From the NCBI GenBank assembly GCA_036271495.1, contig DATBAO010000120.1, positions 547 to 64,546 of the forward strand: a stretch of 64,000 nucleotides of DNA. Direction: 5' to 3'. The notes under the pieces are model-generated. The model was not told the DNA's origin and did not search any database. It worked only from the letters and a program-made list of their open reading frames with translations. Positions 27,549 through 37,576 of this stretch are shown here, one piece after another. The position numbers and the translations under genes are program-made. The stretch's first letter is position 1. Each line of letters opens with the position of its first letter. This DNA is from Acidimicrobiales bacterium. GTDB taxonomy: Bacteria > Actinomycetota > Acidimicrobiia > Acidimicrobiales > RAAP-2.

Positions 27549-28640
27549 TCAGGGGATGTGGTAGCCGAGCGTCTGCAGTTCGGCGATGACCTGCTGTGCC
27601 ACGACCTGGCCGCCACCCGGCGTCAGGTGGGTGCCGTCGGGCGTGCGGACGTTGACGACCTGGCCGGCACCGTTGGTGATGAAGGGCGTGTAGCCCCCCT
27701 GCGGCGTGCCCAGCGTGTGATCCGTGCTGACGTAGGTCACCGGGGGCTTGGCCTGGGCCGCCTGCTGCTGGACCACCGCGTTGACGTCGGACATCTGCGC
27801 GTTGAGGCCGGGGTTCTGCATGGGCGGCATGCCCACCCAGACCACCGTGGCCCCACCGCTCTGGGCGATCTGCATGAACTTGGCCACCCGCTGGGCGTAC
27901 AGCGTGTTCCACTGCGGCGAGGTGTAGGGCACGTCGGGCGGGCCGAGGAAGTCCTGCGCGTCGTTGGCGCCCATCATGATGACGACGACTTGCGGTTGCG
28001 CCGTCTTGACGTCCGCCGCCAGCTCGGCCGGCCAGTCGAAGTAGTCGGGTCTGGTGAGCCCGGTGCTCTCGCGGGCGTCGAGCGCGGCACTGACCACTCC
28101 GGTGCCGGCCAGGTCCGCCTGCAAGGGCCCGCCCAGGTCGAGGCCGATGGAGTCACCCACGATCAGTGCGCGCAGCGGGGCGGCCGCGGTCGGCTCCTTC
28201 GGGTCGGGCGGCGCGGTCGTGGTGGTCGTCGCACCGGGGCCCGTGGCGGCCCCGGGCTTCGTCGTCGTGGACGTGGTGGTCGGGCGTGGGCCCGAGGTGA
28301 TCAGCCCGACGGTCCCTCCCGGCAGGCGGTTCGAACGTCCGGTCACCGACACAATGCGCGAGAGCTGCAGCCCGCGGCTGAGCGCTGCCACCGGCCCGGT
28401 GATGTCGAGGCTGATCGTCCGGCGCGTCCCGACCGGCGACACCTGCGCGTTGTGTTGCAGCGTGGGCGCGAACAGCAGGAACCACACCGCGAAGGCGGCG
28501 GCGGCGATTCCCAGCACGCGCGGCCATGGCGCGCGTTCCCGGCCGTCTTCGGGCGCGGGCAGCTCGGCATGCGGGCGCGCCGCGAACTGCTCGGGCGTCT
28601 CCCAGTCCACGTGGTGCGGGGGTATGCGTTCGTCGGACAT
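27549..28640 (-). CDS. Membrane-anchored SGNH/GDSL hydrolase (DUF459-like), partner of the upstream MBOAT
   Basis: N-terminal TM segment, Thr/Pro-rich linker, then LIVGDSIG (GDS block I) and MMGANDAQD (block III). The start shares 1 nt with the MBOAT stop. Confidence 0.75.
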   Translation of the reverse strand: MSDERIPPHHVDWETPEQFAARPHAELPAPEDGRERAPWPRVLGIAAAAFAVWFLLFAPTLQHNAQVSPVGTRRTISLDITGPVAALSRGLQLSRIVSVTGRSNRLPGGTVGLITSGPRPTTTSTTTKPGAATGPGATTTTTAPPDPKEPTAAAPLRALIVGDSIGLDLGGPLQADLAGTGVVSAALDARESTGLTRPDYFDWPAELAADVKTAQPQVVVIMMGANDAQDFLGPPDVPYTSPQWNTLYAQRVAKFMQIAQSGGATVVWVGMPPMQNPGLNAQMSDVNAVVQQQAAQAKPPVTYVSTDHTLGTPQGGYTPFITNGAGQVVNVRTPDGTHLTPGGGQVVAQQVIAELQTLGYHIP

Positions 28641-30067
28641 CAGAACCGGTAGTAGATGAAGGGCGCGACGCCGACGGGTCCGAAGGTGGTGACACCGAGG
28701 AGGGCGACACCGAGCAGGCCGACCTGCACGGCCGTCTTCTGGCGGGAGAAGGCCGCCTGCAGGCCGTCCACCCGCAGCGGGGGCACGTACTGCAGGGCAA
28801 TGGTGCCGAGCACCGTCACGATAAGCAGCGGCGTCACCAAGGGAGACGCCTCACCCCAGCCGCTGAAGAGGCGGCCGAGGACGGCGAACGCCTGGGACGT
28901 GCCGGTGGCGTTGAAGAAGACCCAGCCCAGGCAGACGTACTGGAAGGTGAGGAACCGTTGCACCCACTCCCGCACCGGCCCGTCGGCGACGCCGGGCAGC
29001 CCGCGGCGCTCCCGGCTGGTCCGGCGCAGGTGCCCGAAGCTCTGGCCCACTCCCTGCAGGGCTCCCCAGATCACGAACGTCCAGGCCGCGCCGTGCCACA
29101 AGCCGCCCAGCACCATGGTGATCATGATGTTGCGAATGGTCTGGGCCTGGCCGTTGGCACTGCCGCCGAGCGGGATGTAGAGGTAGTCGCGCAGCCAGCG
29201 CGACAGCGTCATGTGCCAACGACGCCAGAAGTCCTGCAGGTTGCGCGCCGTATACGGCGCGTCGAAGTTCTGCGGGAAGCGGAAGCCCAGCAGCATGGCC
29301 AGCCCGATGGCGATGTCGGTGTACCCGCTGAAGTCGCAGTAGATCTGCACGGCGTAGCCCCAGGCGGCGAAGATCGCCTCGGGAGCCGAGTGCTGGGTGG
29401 GTGACGTGAACACCGGGGTGACGATGGCGCTCGAGACGTACGAGGAGATCACGACCTTCTTGAAGAGGCCGGCGAGGATGAGCCAGAAGGCGCGCGAGTA
29501 GTCCACCGAGTTGGGGTCGCGGCGACGGCGGATCTGCGGCAGCAGTTCGTTCCCGCGCACGATCGGCCCGGCCAACAGGTGGGGGAAGAACGAGATGTAC
29601 ACCGCGAAGTCCAGCGGCTTGGCCGGCTCGAGCTGGCGCCGGTAGATGTCGATGACGTAGCTGATCGCCATGAAGGTGAAGAACGAGATGGCGATGGGTA
29701 GCCCTACCTGCAAGAGCGGCACGGCGCGGCCCAGCCCCAGCGCGTGCGTGAGGTTGTCGAGGTTCACCGAGACGAAGCCGAAGTACTTGAACCAGCCCAG
29801 AATGGCCAGCAGCAGGCCGACGGACACGCCCATGGCGATGCGCCGGGCCCGCTCGTTCTGCGTGGCGTTGACCCAGGCCCCGCCGACGAAGGCCACCGCC
29901 GTCGTGAGGAGGAGGAGCAGGCAGTAGCTCCAGCCCACCCAGCCGTAGAACACGTAGCTCAGCCCGATCATGGACAGCTTCCACCAACCCGCGTAGGGGT
30001 CGAGGAGCCAGTTCACCGTGAAGGCGACGGCAAAGAAGATTGCGAAGTCGATTGTGGGAAAGAGCAT
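28640..30067 (-). CDS. MBOAT-family O-acyltransferase (AlgI/PatA/DltB-like)
   Basis: 475-aa polytopic [24 protein letters not shown] contains the invariant MBOAT histidine context. Confidence 0.9.
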   Translation of the reverse strand: MLFPTIDFAIFFAVAFTVNWLLDPYAGWWKLSMIGLSYVFYGWVGWSYCLLLLLTTAVAFVGGAWVNATQNERARRIAMGVSVGLLLAILGWFKYFGFVSVNLDNLTHALGLGRAVPLLQVGLPIAISFFTFMAISYVIDIYRRQLEPAKPLDFAVYISFFPHLLAGPIVRGNELLPQIRRRRDPNSVDYSRAFWLILAGLFKKVVISSYVSSAIVTPVFTSPTQHSAPEAIFAAWGYAVQIYCDFSGYTDIAIGLAMLLGFRFPQNFDAPYTARNLQDFWRRWHMTLSRWLRDYLYIPLGGSANGQAQTIRNIMITMVLGGLWHGAAWTFVIWGALQGVGQSFGHLRRTSRERRGLPGVADGPVREWVQRFLTFQYVCLGWVFFNATGTSQAFAVLGRLFSGWGEASPLVTPLLIVTVLGTIALQYVPPLRVDGLQAAFSRQKTAVQVGLLGVALLGVTTFGPVGVAPFIYYRF

Positions 30068-30146
30068 CGGGAGCGATCAGCGGATTGCGCCGAATGTACT
30101 GCCGGTCGCCCCTTCCGGGCGTGCACATCCCCATCCCGGGTTGTGA

Positions 30147-30167
30147 CCCGGGGCCCGGGACCCCGGG
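30147..30167 (-). terminator. GC hairpin (CCCGGGG-N7-CCCCGGG) just downstream of etfA; possible factor-independent terminator without a U-tract
   Basis: Read directly. Lies 11 nt after the etfA stop (30178) on the minus strand. Alternative CCCGGG pairings are possible and no T-run follows. Confidence 0.25.
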
Positions 30168-30177
30168 CGGGACAGGA

Positions 30178-31149
30178 TCAGCCCTTGGCCTTCAACGCCT
30201 CGATGAGGGCCGGGAGCACCTTGTGCACGTCCCCCACGATCCCCAGGTCGGCCACCGAGAAGATCGGCGCCTCCTGGTCCTTGTTGATGGCGACGATGTT
30301 CTTGGAGCCCTTCATGCCGACCAGGTGCTGGGTGGCACCGGAGATCCCGCATGCGATGTAGACGGTCGGCTTGACGGTCTTGCCGGTCTGCCCGACCTGG
30401 TGCGAATAGGGCACCCAGCCGGCGTCGACGATGGCCCGGCTGGCGCCCGCGGCGCCCTTGAGGAGCTTGGCCAGCTCTTCGATCAGGGCGTAGTTGGACG
30501 CATCGCCCAGCCCGCGTCCGCCCGAGACGACGACGGCCGCCTCGTCGAGCTTCGGACCGCTGCGCTCTTCGACGTGACGCTCCACGACCTTCGCCGTGTT
30601 GGTGGCCGCGACGTCAGGGACAGGGGCGGCCACGACGGCGGCGGCGGCGCCACCCGAGGGCTCGGCCGCGAACGACTTGGCCCGGATCACGAAGATGGCC
30701 GGGCCCTCGCCGGTGAAGCGCGCCGTCACGATCTGGCTGCCGCCGAAGATGGGGTGCTGGCTGGAGAGGCCACCGTCGGACTCGACCAGGCCGGTCACGT
30801 TGGTCAGCACCGGGCGGCCGAGCTTGGCCGAGAGCCGGCCCGCCACGTCACGCCCCTCGTAGGTGGCGGGCATGAGGATGGCGTCGGGTGCGTTGCCGCC
30901 CTGCACCAGCGCGGCCAGCGCGGCGGCCACCGGCACACCGGGCAGCGTGCCGCCCAGGTCGCCCACGTCGTAGAGCGTCGTGGCGCCGTACTCCCCGAGG
31001 GGCCCGGCGAGCGACGCCGCATCGGCGCCCCAGGCGATGGCCTCGACCGTCGAGGCGACCGAACGGGCCTCGGTCAGGAGCTCGAGCGTGACCGGCGTCG
31101 GCCCGCTGTCGCCCACTTCTGCCAGCACCCACACCTTGTCGATCGGCAT
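30178..31149 (-). CDS. etfA: Electron transfer flavoprotein subunit alpha
   Basis: 323 aa. C-terminal FAD-binding region ([40 protein letters not shown]). Confidence 0.9.
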   Translation of the reverse strand: MPIDKVWVLAEVGDSGPTPVTLELLTEARSVASTVEAIAWGADAASLAGPLGEYGATTLYDVGDLGGTLPGVPVAAALAALVQGGNAPDAILMPATYEGRDVAGRLSAKLGRPVLTNVTGLVESDGGLSSQHPIFGGSQIVTARFTGEGPAIFVIRAKSFAAEPSGGAAAAVVAAPVPDVAATNTAKVVERHVEERSGPKLDEAAVVVSGGRGLGDASNYALIEELAKLLKGAAGASRAIVDAGWVPYSHQVGQTGKTVKPTVYIACGISGATQHLVGMKGSKNIVAINKDQEAPIFSVADLGIVGDVHKVLPALIEALKAKG

Positions 31150-31150
31150 C

Positions 31151-31927
31151 TCAGACCACCTTCAACTGCTCGAGGAAGGCCACGACACGCTGCGCGCCGT
31201 CGCCCTCGTCCACCACGATCTCTCCCGCGCCGCGGGCCTCGGCGTCGGACACGTCGGTGATCTGCTGCCCGGCACCGGCCGCACCGACCAACGAGGCGTC
31301 GATCCCGAGGTCGGCCACCGTCAGGTTGTCCACCGGCTTCGACTTCGCCGCCATGATCCCCTTGAAGGAGGGGTACCGGGGCTCGACCACGCCGGCGGTG
31401 ACCGTGACCAGGGCCGGCAGGGGGCACACGATTTCGTCGTAGCCCGCCTCGGTCTGGCGCTCGACCTTGACCGAGCTGCCGTCGACGGCGATGGCCTTGG
31501 CGAAGGTGACCGACGGCAGGCCCATGAGCTCGGCCACCTGCACGGGCAGCGTGCCGGTGTACCCGTCGGAGGACTCCGTGGCCATCACGACCAGGTCCGG
31601 GTTCGCCCGCGCGATGGCGGCGGCCAACACCCGGGCGGTGCCCAGGGCATCGCTGCCGGCCAGCGCGTCGTCGCTGATCAGGATGGCCTTGGCCGCACCC
31701 ATGGCCAGGCCGGTGCGCAGGCCCGAGGTCTCGCCGCCCGGCGCCATGGAGACGAGGGTGACCTCGTCGCCATCGCCCGAGGCCAGCTGCAGGGCCATCT
31801 CGACTCCGTAGTTGTCGGAGTCGTCCATGATGAGCTTGCCGGACCGATCGAGGGTGTTGGTACCCGGATTCAGCGCGGCGGGGGCGGCCGGATCAGGTAT
31901 CTGCTTGACGCATACGACGACGTTCAT
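31151..31927 (-). CDS. etfB: Electron transfer flavoprotein subunit beta
   Basis: Start at ATG 31925-31927 (MNVVVCVKQIPDP), the canonical EtfB N-terminus. Confidence 0.9.
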   Translation of the reverse strand: MNVVVCVKQIPDPAAPAALNPGTNTLDRSGKLIMDDSDNYGVEMALQLASGDGDEVTLVSMAPGGETSGLRTGLAMGAAKAILISDDALAGSDALGTARVLAAAIARANPDLVVMATESSDGYTGTLPVQVAELMGLPSVTFAKAIAVDGSSVKVERQTEAGYDEIVCPLPALVTVTAGVVEPRYPSFKGIMAAKSKPVDNLTVADLGIDASLVGAAGAGQQITDVSDAEARGAGEIVVDEGDGAQRVVAFLEQLKVV

Positions 31928-32029
31928 GGCGGTCCATCTTTGTGGACCAGGGCCGTTCCCCGCCATTCGGCCCGGTGACAAGCGTCTTTTGCCGGCGCAA
32001 CGGCGGAGCCGATCCGCCGCCCGGGCCCG

Positions 32030-32722
32030 TCAGCCCCGAGCGGCCGCGGCGATGGCCAGCGCGGCGGGGAGCTCGTCGGTGATCACGGTGTCCGCGCCTG
32101 CCGCCACCATGGCCCGCAGGTCTGGGGCCGCGTTGACGGTCCAGACGTTGACGGCAAGCCCCATTGCGTGGGCCCGCTCGACCAGCTCCGGGGTGACCGA
32201 CAGGACGAAAGGGTGGACGGCCCGGAACCCCGTCTCGGCCGCCTCGACCAGAGCCGGCTCGGCCTCGGTGGCGAAGCCCCAGAGCGCGCCGAGGCCCAGC
32301 CGGCTGTCCGCAGCCTGCACGGCCCGCAGCGTGGTCACCTGGAAGGACGACACGATCACCCGCGCCGTCCATCCCGCCTCCTCGATCGCCGCCGCCGTGA
32401 GTGCCGCCACGGCCTCGCCCGGATCCCACCCCGGATCCTGGGGGGCGTTCTTGATCTCGACGTTGACCACCATGCCCTCGCAGACCGCCAGGACGTCGGC
32501 CAGCAGGGGTACGTGGGCGGGGAGGTCCGCCACGCCCAGCTCGGGGATCGTGCCCACCCCGGGGATCTCGGCGTCGTGGTGCACCGCCAGGGCGCCATCG
32601 GCCGTGAGCCGCACGTCGAGCTCGACGCCGTCGGCTCCGAGGCGCCGGGCCTCGGCGAAGGCGTCGATGGTGTTCTCGGTGAACCCCTGGGTGCAACCCC
32701 TGTGAGCGAAGACGGCGGTCAT
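32030..32722 (-). CDS. Glycerophosphodiester phosphodiesterase
   Basis: FAHRGCTQGFTENTIDAF ... GADGVELDVRLTADGALAVHHD (HR..EN..E.D.. GDPD signature). Confidence 0.85.
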   Translation of the reverse strand: MTAVFAHRGCTQGFTENTIDAFAEARRLGADGVELDVRLTADGALAVHHDAEIPGVGTIPELGVADLPAHVPLLADVLAVCEGMVVNVEIKNAPQDPGWDPGEAVAALTAAAIEEAGWTARVIVSSFQVTTLRAVQAADSRLGLGALWGFATEAEPALVEAAETGFRAVHPFVLSVTPELVERAHAMGLAVNVWTVNAAPDLRAMVAAGADTVITDELPAALAIAAAARG

Positions 32723-32867
32723 AGGGGCAGCGACACCTCCCCGTCACGATTCCACCGCGCCGGCGGCTGAACTTTCACCAAAAACTCCTTGCCTGGGCGC
32801 GAGCAGACCATTACCCTCTTCCCCGTTAACCCGCTTTTCACTGACGGACACCATCTGGGTCCGATCA

Positions 32868-32883
32868 TGTGAAAAGGATCACA
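32868..32883. promoter_or_regulatory. Perfect CRP/FNR-family consensus site TGTGA-AAAGGA-TCACA upstream of the whiB1-like gene
   Basis: Read directly. The site ends 22 nt before ATG 32906 and 8 nt before the GGAGG RBS (32892-32896). Confidence 0.55.
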
Positions 32884-32905
32884 ATGCTGGTGGAGGCACA
32901 TTCCG

Positions 32906-33205
32906 ATGGCTCTCATGTGGAACCGGACCGTTGATTGGGACGCGGACGACTGGCGGCGCTCAGCCGCTTGCCGCAACACCGAACCGGATCTTTTCTTCCC
33001 TGTTGGCACGACCGGCCCCGCCGTCGACCAGATCGACGCCGCCAAGCGCGTCTGCCACGCGTGTGACGCGCTCGAGCCCTGCCTCGACTTCGCCCTGGCC
33101 ACGAACCAGGAGTCCGGCGTCTGGGGCGGCACGTCCGAAGAAGAGCGTCGCAAGTTGCGCAAGGCCTGGTTGGCCGCGCGCCGCTCGCAGCGCGTCGCCG
33201 TCTGA
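32906..33205 (+). CDS. whiB: WhiB-family redox-sensing transcription factor (WhiB1-like)
   Basis: CRNTEPDLFFPVG ... CHACDALEPC ... GVWGGTSEEERRKL: four Fe-S cysteines plus the GVWGG turn. Sequence and synteny (convergent PdtaS) resemble mycobacterial whiB1. Confidence 0.9.
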   Translation: MALMWNRTVDWDADDWRRSAACRNTEPDLFFPVGTTGPAVDQIDAAKRVCHACDALEPCLDFALATNQESGVWGGTSEEERRKLRKAWLAARRSQRVAV

Positions 33206-33227
33206 TCCTCGGCCGTCCGCGCCACGC

Positions 33228-34817
33228 TCACCGGGGCGCGCGCACCGGCACCGAGATGGCGACCCGGGTCCCACCCCCGTCGGCCGCCGGCAGTTCCTCC
33301 ATGGAGATCGTCCCCTCCAGTTGACTGACCACGAGGTCGCGCACGATCGACAGCCCGAGGCTCGACGTGCGCTCGATGTCGAATCCTTCGGGCAACCCCA
33401 GCCCGTCGTCGCGCACCTCCACGCGCAGCGCCGACTCGTCGTTGACCATCGTCAGGTCGACATGCCCGACCGGCGCGTAGCCGGCGCCTCCGCCCGCCCC
33501 TTCGAGCCCGACCGCCCCGTCCTGGCCTCCGGCGTTCTCCGGGTCGAAGGCGTGCTCGACGGCGTTCTGCAGCAACTCGGCCACGGTCACGGCCAGCGGC
33601 GTGGCGACGTCGGCCGCCACGTCTCCGAGGTCCCCGTGCACCGAAATGACGATCGGCTGCGAGGAGACCACCGAGTCCTCCGCCATCTGCACCAGTGAGC
33701 TGACGATTTCGGCGAAGGGCACCTGGTCGCTCGGGTCCCGCGACAGGATCTCGTGCACCAGCGCGATGGAGCGCACCCGGCGCTCGGCCTCGTGCAGCGC
33801 CACCCGGGCGGCCCGGTCACCCACCCGGCGCGCCTGCAGGCTCAGCAGCGAGGAAATCGTCTGCAGGTTGTTCTTGACCCGGTGGTGCACTTCGCGGATG
33901 GCCGCATCCTTGGAGAGGAGCAAGCGGTCGAGGCGTCGCACGTCGGTGACGTCGCGCAGCAGGATCATCGCCCCGGTCACGACCCCGTGGGACAGCAGCG
34001 GAATGCAATGGACGAGCACGATGACGTCGGGGCGACGCTCGACCTCCTCGACGACGGGCCGCCCCGTGGCGAGGGCCCACTCGACGGCGGACTCCTCGAC
34101 ATCGAGATCCCCGAAGCGGCGTCCCTCGGGCTGGGTGTAGATGCCCATGCGGTGGAACGCGTTCATGGCGTTGGGCGAGGCGAACTCCACCCGCCCGTCG
34201 GCATCCACCACGACGACCCCGTCGCCCACCCGGGGCGACTCCTCGGTGCCGACGTCCTCGTCGGGGAACGGGAAGGCCGACTGCGCCACCATGTCGGCCA
34301 GGCGTTCGAACACGTCGAGGTAGGTGCGCTCGTACATGCTGGTCGGACCCTTGAGCGGCGCCAGCGAGACGCGCAGCAGGGCCCCGATGATGTGGCCGTC
34401 GAAGCGGACCGGGATGTTCTCGACCGGCACCTGCTCGCCCAGGATGGGGTGGTGGATGCTGCCCCGCACGATCTCGCCTGTATGGAGGCACTGCGCCACC
34501 AGCGTCCACTGCGACTCGTTCACGGTCTGGCCCACCAGGTCCTGGTCGACCAGGGTCGGCCGGTTGTTCGGGCGCATCTGACCCAGCACCACCAGCTCGG
34601 GATCCTCGTCCGCCTCGTCGCCCCCCGTGACCGCAGCGCCCGCTCCCGCACCCCGCGCGCCGTTGAGCGCCGCCGCGTGCACCGGCACCAGCAGGAGCAG
34701 GTCGGAGAAGGAGAGGTCGGCCAGGACGCTCCAGCTCCCGAGCAGGCGCTGCAGGTGCTCGAGCTCCTCGGGCTTGAGGTCGGTGTGGCTGAGGGCCAGC
34801 TCGGCCGGCGTGGGCAT
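33228..34817 (-). CDS. pdtaS: PdtaS-type sensor histidine kinase (GAF/PAS sensor + HisKA_2 + HATPase)
   Basis: Start at ATG 34815-34817 (MPTPAELALSHTDLKPEELEHLQRLL). REVHHRVKNNLQTISSLLSLQ phospho-acceptor box, and C-terminal ATPase motifs (ELLQNAVEHAF, DDGLGLPEGF). No TM segments. Confidence 0.8.
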   Translation of the reverse strand: MPTPAELALSHTDLKPEELEHLQRLLGSWSVLADLSFSDLLLLVPVHAAALNGARGAGAGAAVTGGDEADEDPELVVLGQMRPNNRPTLVDQDLVGQTVNESQWTLVAQCLHTGEIVRGSIHHPILGEQVPVENIPVRFDGHIIGALLRVSLAPLKGPTSMYERTYLDVFERLADMVAQSAFPFPDEDVGTEESPRVGDGVVVVDADGRVEFASPNAMNAFHRMGIYTQPEGRRFGDLDVEESAVEWALATGRPVVEEVERRPDVIVLVHCIPLLSHGVVTGAMILLRDVTDVRRLDRLLLSKDAAIREVHHRVKNNLQTISSLLSLQARRVGDRAARVALHEAERRVRSIALVHEILSRDPSDQVPFAEIVSSLVQMAEDSVVSSQPIVISVHGDLGDVAADVATPLAVTVAELLQNAVEHAFDPENAGGQDGAVGLEGAGGGAGYAPVGHVDLTMVNDESALRVEVRDDGLGLPEGFDIERTSSLGLSIVRDLVVSQLEGTISMEELPAADGGGTRVAISVPVRAPR

Positions 34818-35710
34818 CAGCGCACCTCCGCCGCGGGCCCCGACACGGGGACGGCATACGCGGTGCGACCGCGGTAGCCCTGCAACACGCCGGCACCCGC
34901 CGCGCCGAGCACGGCCCGCAGCTCGTCCGCCCGGTCGGCCACGTGCTCCAGCCGGTGCGCGTCCGACGCGGTGGTCAGGGGCACGCCGCCGGCGACGAAG
35001 CGCTCGAGGAGGCCCAGCGCGGGGTACTGCTCGCCCACGGGCTTGCGCCAGCCCGCGGAGCTGACCTCGGCGGCCATGCCCGAGGTCACAGCCGCCTCGG
35101 CGATGCGGTCCCACCACTCGGCGGGGGCGTCGGGCACGTAGCCCGCCGCCTTGATGAGGTCCGGGTGGGCCAGCACGTCGCAGGCGCCCGACGCCGCGAG
35201 CTCCTCGAGCGCCTCGGTGTAGGCCTCCCAGCACGCGTCGACCTGGCGCACCGACCACTCGGCCATGGAGGCCGGATCGTCGAGGTCGTCGAAACGCCAG
35301 GCACCCACCCAGTGCACCGAGCCGAGGAGCACGTCGAAGGGATAGCCGGCCAGGAGGTCCACCACGTCATCCATGCGGCCCTCGTAGTAGTCGACCTCCA
35401 GGCCGATGACCACCGGGAGCCCGGCATCCTTGGCCTCCTGGGCGCACGCCACGTAGGCGTCGAGGTCCGCCGTGGCGTGGAACTTGTAGTAGTCGGCCAT
35501 GTTCTCGGCCAACCGCGTCGGCACCCGCTCGTTCTTCCAGAAATCGCCGAAGAGCGCGTCGGCCTGGCGGAAGCGGAAGAGGTGCTCGGTCACCGCCAGC
35601 TCGGTCACGCCCGCCGCCTGGGCCCGGGCGCAGTAGTCCGCCAGCTGCTCCAGCCGCAGTGGCGTCTCGTGCTCCGAGTGCGGCCAGAGGTGGAGGTGAT
35701 AGTCGAGCAC
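34817..35710 (-). CDS. PHP-family histidinol-phosphatase-like hydrolase (HisJ/HisK family)
   Basis: MLDYHLHLWPHSEH ... VTEHLFRF ... GSVHWV ... LAHPDL ... TASDAH metal-ligand pattern of PHP phosphoesterases. Confidence 0.72.
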   Translation of the reverse strand: MLDYHLHLWPHSEHETPLRLEQLADYCARAQAAGVTELAVTEHLFRFRQADALFGDFWKNERVPTRLAENMADYYKFHATADLDAYVACAQEAKDAGLPVVIGLEVDYYEGRMDDVVDLLAGYPFDVLLGSVHWVGAWRFDDLDDPASMAEWSVRQVDACWEAYTEALEELAASGACDVLAHPDLIKAAGYVPDAPAEWWDRIAEAAVTSGMAAEVSSAGWRKPVGEQYPALGLLERFVAGGVPLTTASDAHRLEHVADRADELRAVLGAAGAGVLQGYRGRTAYAVPVSGPAAEVR

Positions 35711-35737
35711 GGCGGCCGTTCTCCCCTGCCGTGCCGG

Positions 35738-36385
35738 TCAGCCGGCCCGGCGGATCAGCGTGACGCCGTCCCTGATGGTCGTCAGCACGCAGACGACCCG
35801 GGGGTCGTTGACCACCTTGTCGTTGAAGGCGCGCAGCGCCCGGGCGCCCTCGTGCGGGTCCTTCTCGGAGGCCAGGACGCCGCCACCCTGCAGCGTGTTG
35901 TCGACGACGATCAGCCCGTGTCGCGCCAGCTTGGGCAGCACCGCTTCGTAGTAGGCGTCGTATGTGACCTTGTCGGCGTCGATGAAGACGAGGTCGAAGG
36001 GTCCCTGGAGCTCTTCGAGGGAGCGCAACGCAGGCCCCTCAATGACGCTGATGTGGCTCTCCAGCCCGGCGGCCGCAATGTTGCCCCGTGCCACCTGGGC
36101 GTGGTGCGGGTCGACCTCGAGCGAAATGATGGACCCGTCGTTACCGAGCCCCGCCGCCATGGCGATGGCCGAGTACCCGGTGAAGGTGCCGATCTCAAGG
36201 ATGCTGGTCGCCTGGGTGGCGAACACCAGCAGCTCCAGGAAACGGCCTTCCTGGCGACCCACCATCATTCCCCAGGCGGCGAAGTCTTCCCTGGTGGAGG
36301 CGTCCACCGACTCGAGATGCCCCGGTGGCGCCGTGGTGTGCGCGTCGGCATACGCCAGGACCTCTGCGTTGATCAGTTGGGCCAT
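35738..36385 (-). CDS. Class I SAM-dependent O-methyltransferase (caffeoyl-CoA OMT-like)
   Basis: ILEIGTFTGYSAIAMA (motif I), FDLVFIDADK, VVDNTL. Confidence 0.85.
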   Translation of the reverse strand: MAQLINAEVLAYADAHTTAPPGHLESVDASTREDFAAWGMMVGRQEGRFLELLVFATQATSILEIGTFTGYSAIAMAAGLGNDGSIISLEVDPHHAQVARGNIAAAGLESHISVIEGPALRSLEELQGPFDLVFIDADKVTYDAYYEAVLPKLARHGLIVVDNTLQGGGVLASEKDPHEGARALRAFNDKVVNDPRVVCVLTTIRDGVTLIRRAG

Positions 36386-36415
36386 GGCACCGATGGTAGG
36401 CGCCCCCCGGACCCG

Positions 36416-37576
36416 CTACTCCCAGACCAGCGCGCCCAGCCGCAACAGCCCGCTCATGTCGTAGATGTCGGCGTCGAAGAACGGCACGGTGACCAGCACG
36501 TCGGGCGCCCCCTTGAGCTCCGCCTGCTGCTCGGCCTCACGCCGCGCCACCACACCGAAGTTGAGGAAGCTCTCCGCCACCTCCCCGAGCACCCGGCCGG
36601 CCAGCACGGGGTCGTCGCTGAGCCCCTCGCCCAGCTCGGCGGCATGGGCGGCGATCGATTGCGCCAGCTTGTCGGTCTTGGCCTCGCGGAGGTACTCGGG
36701 CAACACCTTGTTCAGCACCACCGCACCCAGGTGCAGCTGGCGCGCCGTGAGCTCGGCCGAGAAGAACTCCGCCTCGCGCACGGGGGTGGCCTCCAACGTC
36801 GACACCACCATGAACGTCGTGCGGCGGTCCGACAGCAGACGGGTGACCGCCTCGGCCCGCTCGACGAAGCCCTCGTACATGGACTGGAACAGAATGAAGA
36901 ACTCGGAGATGTCGGCCAGGAACTGCGTGCCGAGGATGCGGTCGGCCACCTGGTAGAAGGGCCGCGACGCCATGTTCACCAGGCGCGACCGGTAGGGCAC
37001 GATGAGCCAGCGCAACAGGCGCGACGAGAAGAAGTCCGCCATCCGCTGCGGCGCGTCGAGGAAGTCGAGCGCGTTGCGCGTCGGCGGTGTGTCCACCACG
37101 ATGAGGTCGTACTTCCCCTCGCAGTGGATCTCGTAGAGCCGCTCCATGGCGATGTAGTCGTGCGACTGCACGAAGCGGCCCGAGATGTTCTGGTACAGCG
37201 GGTTGGCCAGGATCTGCTCGCGGGTCTCCGCGTCGGGCGCATGACGGCGGATGAGGTCGTCCCAGCTCTTCTTGGTGTCGAGCATGGCCGCCCACAGCTC
37301 GCCCCTGGGGTGGGCCCCCGCCCCGGTGAACACCTCGTCGGGGATGCGGACCTCGTCGTTCCCGATCCCTTTCAACCCCAGCGCGTCCGCCAGTCGCCGC
37401 GCCGGGTCGACCGTCAGCACGAGCACGCGCCCGCCCTCTTCGACCACGGCCGTGGCCGCCAGGGAGGCCGCGGTGGTGGTCTTGCCCACGCCGCCCGGCC
37501 CGCAGGCGATCACGATGTCCTTGGCCGCCAGTAGCTGGCCCACCGTCTTGGCCGCGGGCGCCGGCGTCGCCGTCAC
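36416..37576 (-). CDS. ArsA/Get3-family ATPase (downstream member of a tandem pair)
   Basis: GTG start overlaps the upstream stop (GTGA). Deviant Walker A ACGPGGVGKTT, TVDPARRL. Confidence 0.8.
   Translation of the reverse strand: MTATPAPAAKTVGQLLAAKDIVIACGPGGVGKTTTAASLAATAVVEEGGRVLVLTVDPARRLADALGLKGIGNDEVRIPDEVFTGAGAHPRGELWAAMLDTKKSWDDLIRRHAPDAETREQILANPLYQNISGRFVQSHDYIAMERLYEIHCEGKYDLIVVDTPPTRNALDFLDAPQRMADFFSSRLLRWLIVPYRSRLVNMASRPFYQVADRILGTQFLADISEFFILFQSMYEGFVERAEAVTRLLSDRRTTFMVVSTLEATPVREAEFFSAELTARQLHLGAVVLNKVLPEYLREAKTDKLAQSIAAHAAELGEGLSDDPVLAGRVLGEVAESFLNFGVVARREAEQQAELKGAPDVLVTVPFFDADIYDMSGLLRLGALVWE

Noticed and set aside
34943-37534. 863-aa plus-strand ORF, the longest non-aconitase ORF in the track
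   Set aside because: It lies antisense to the PHP phosphatase, O-methyltransferase and ArsA-like genes, all of which carry clear catalytic motifs. Its own translation is Arg/Gly/Val/His-rich without recognisable domains.
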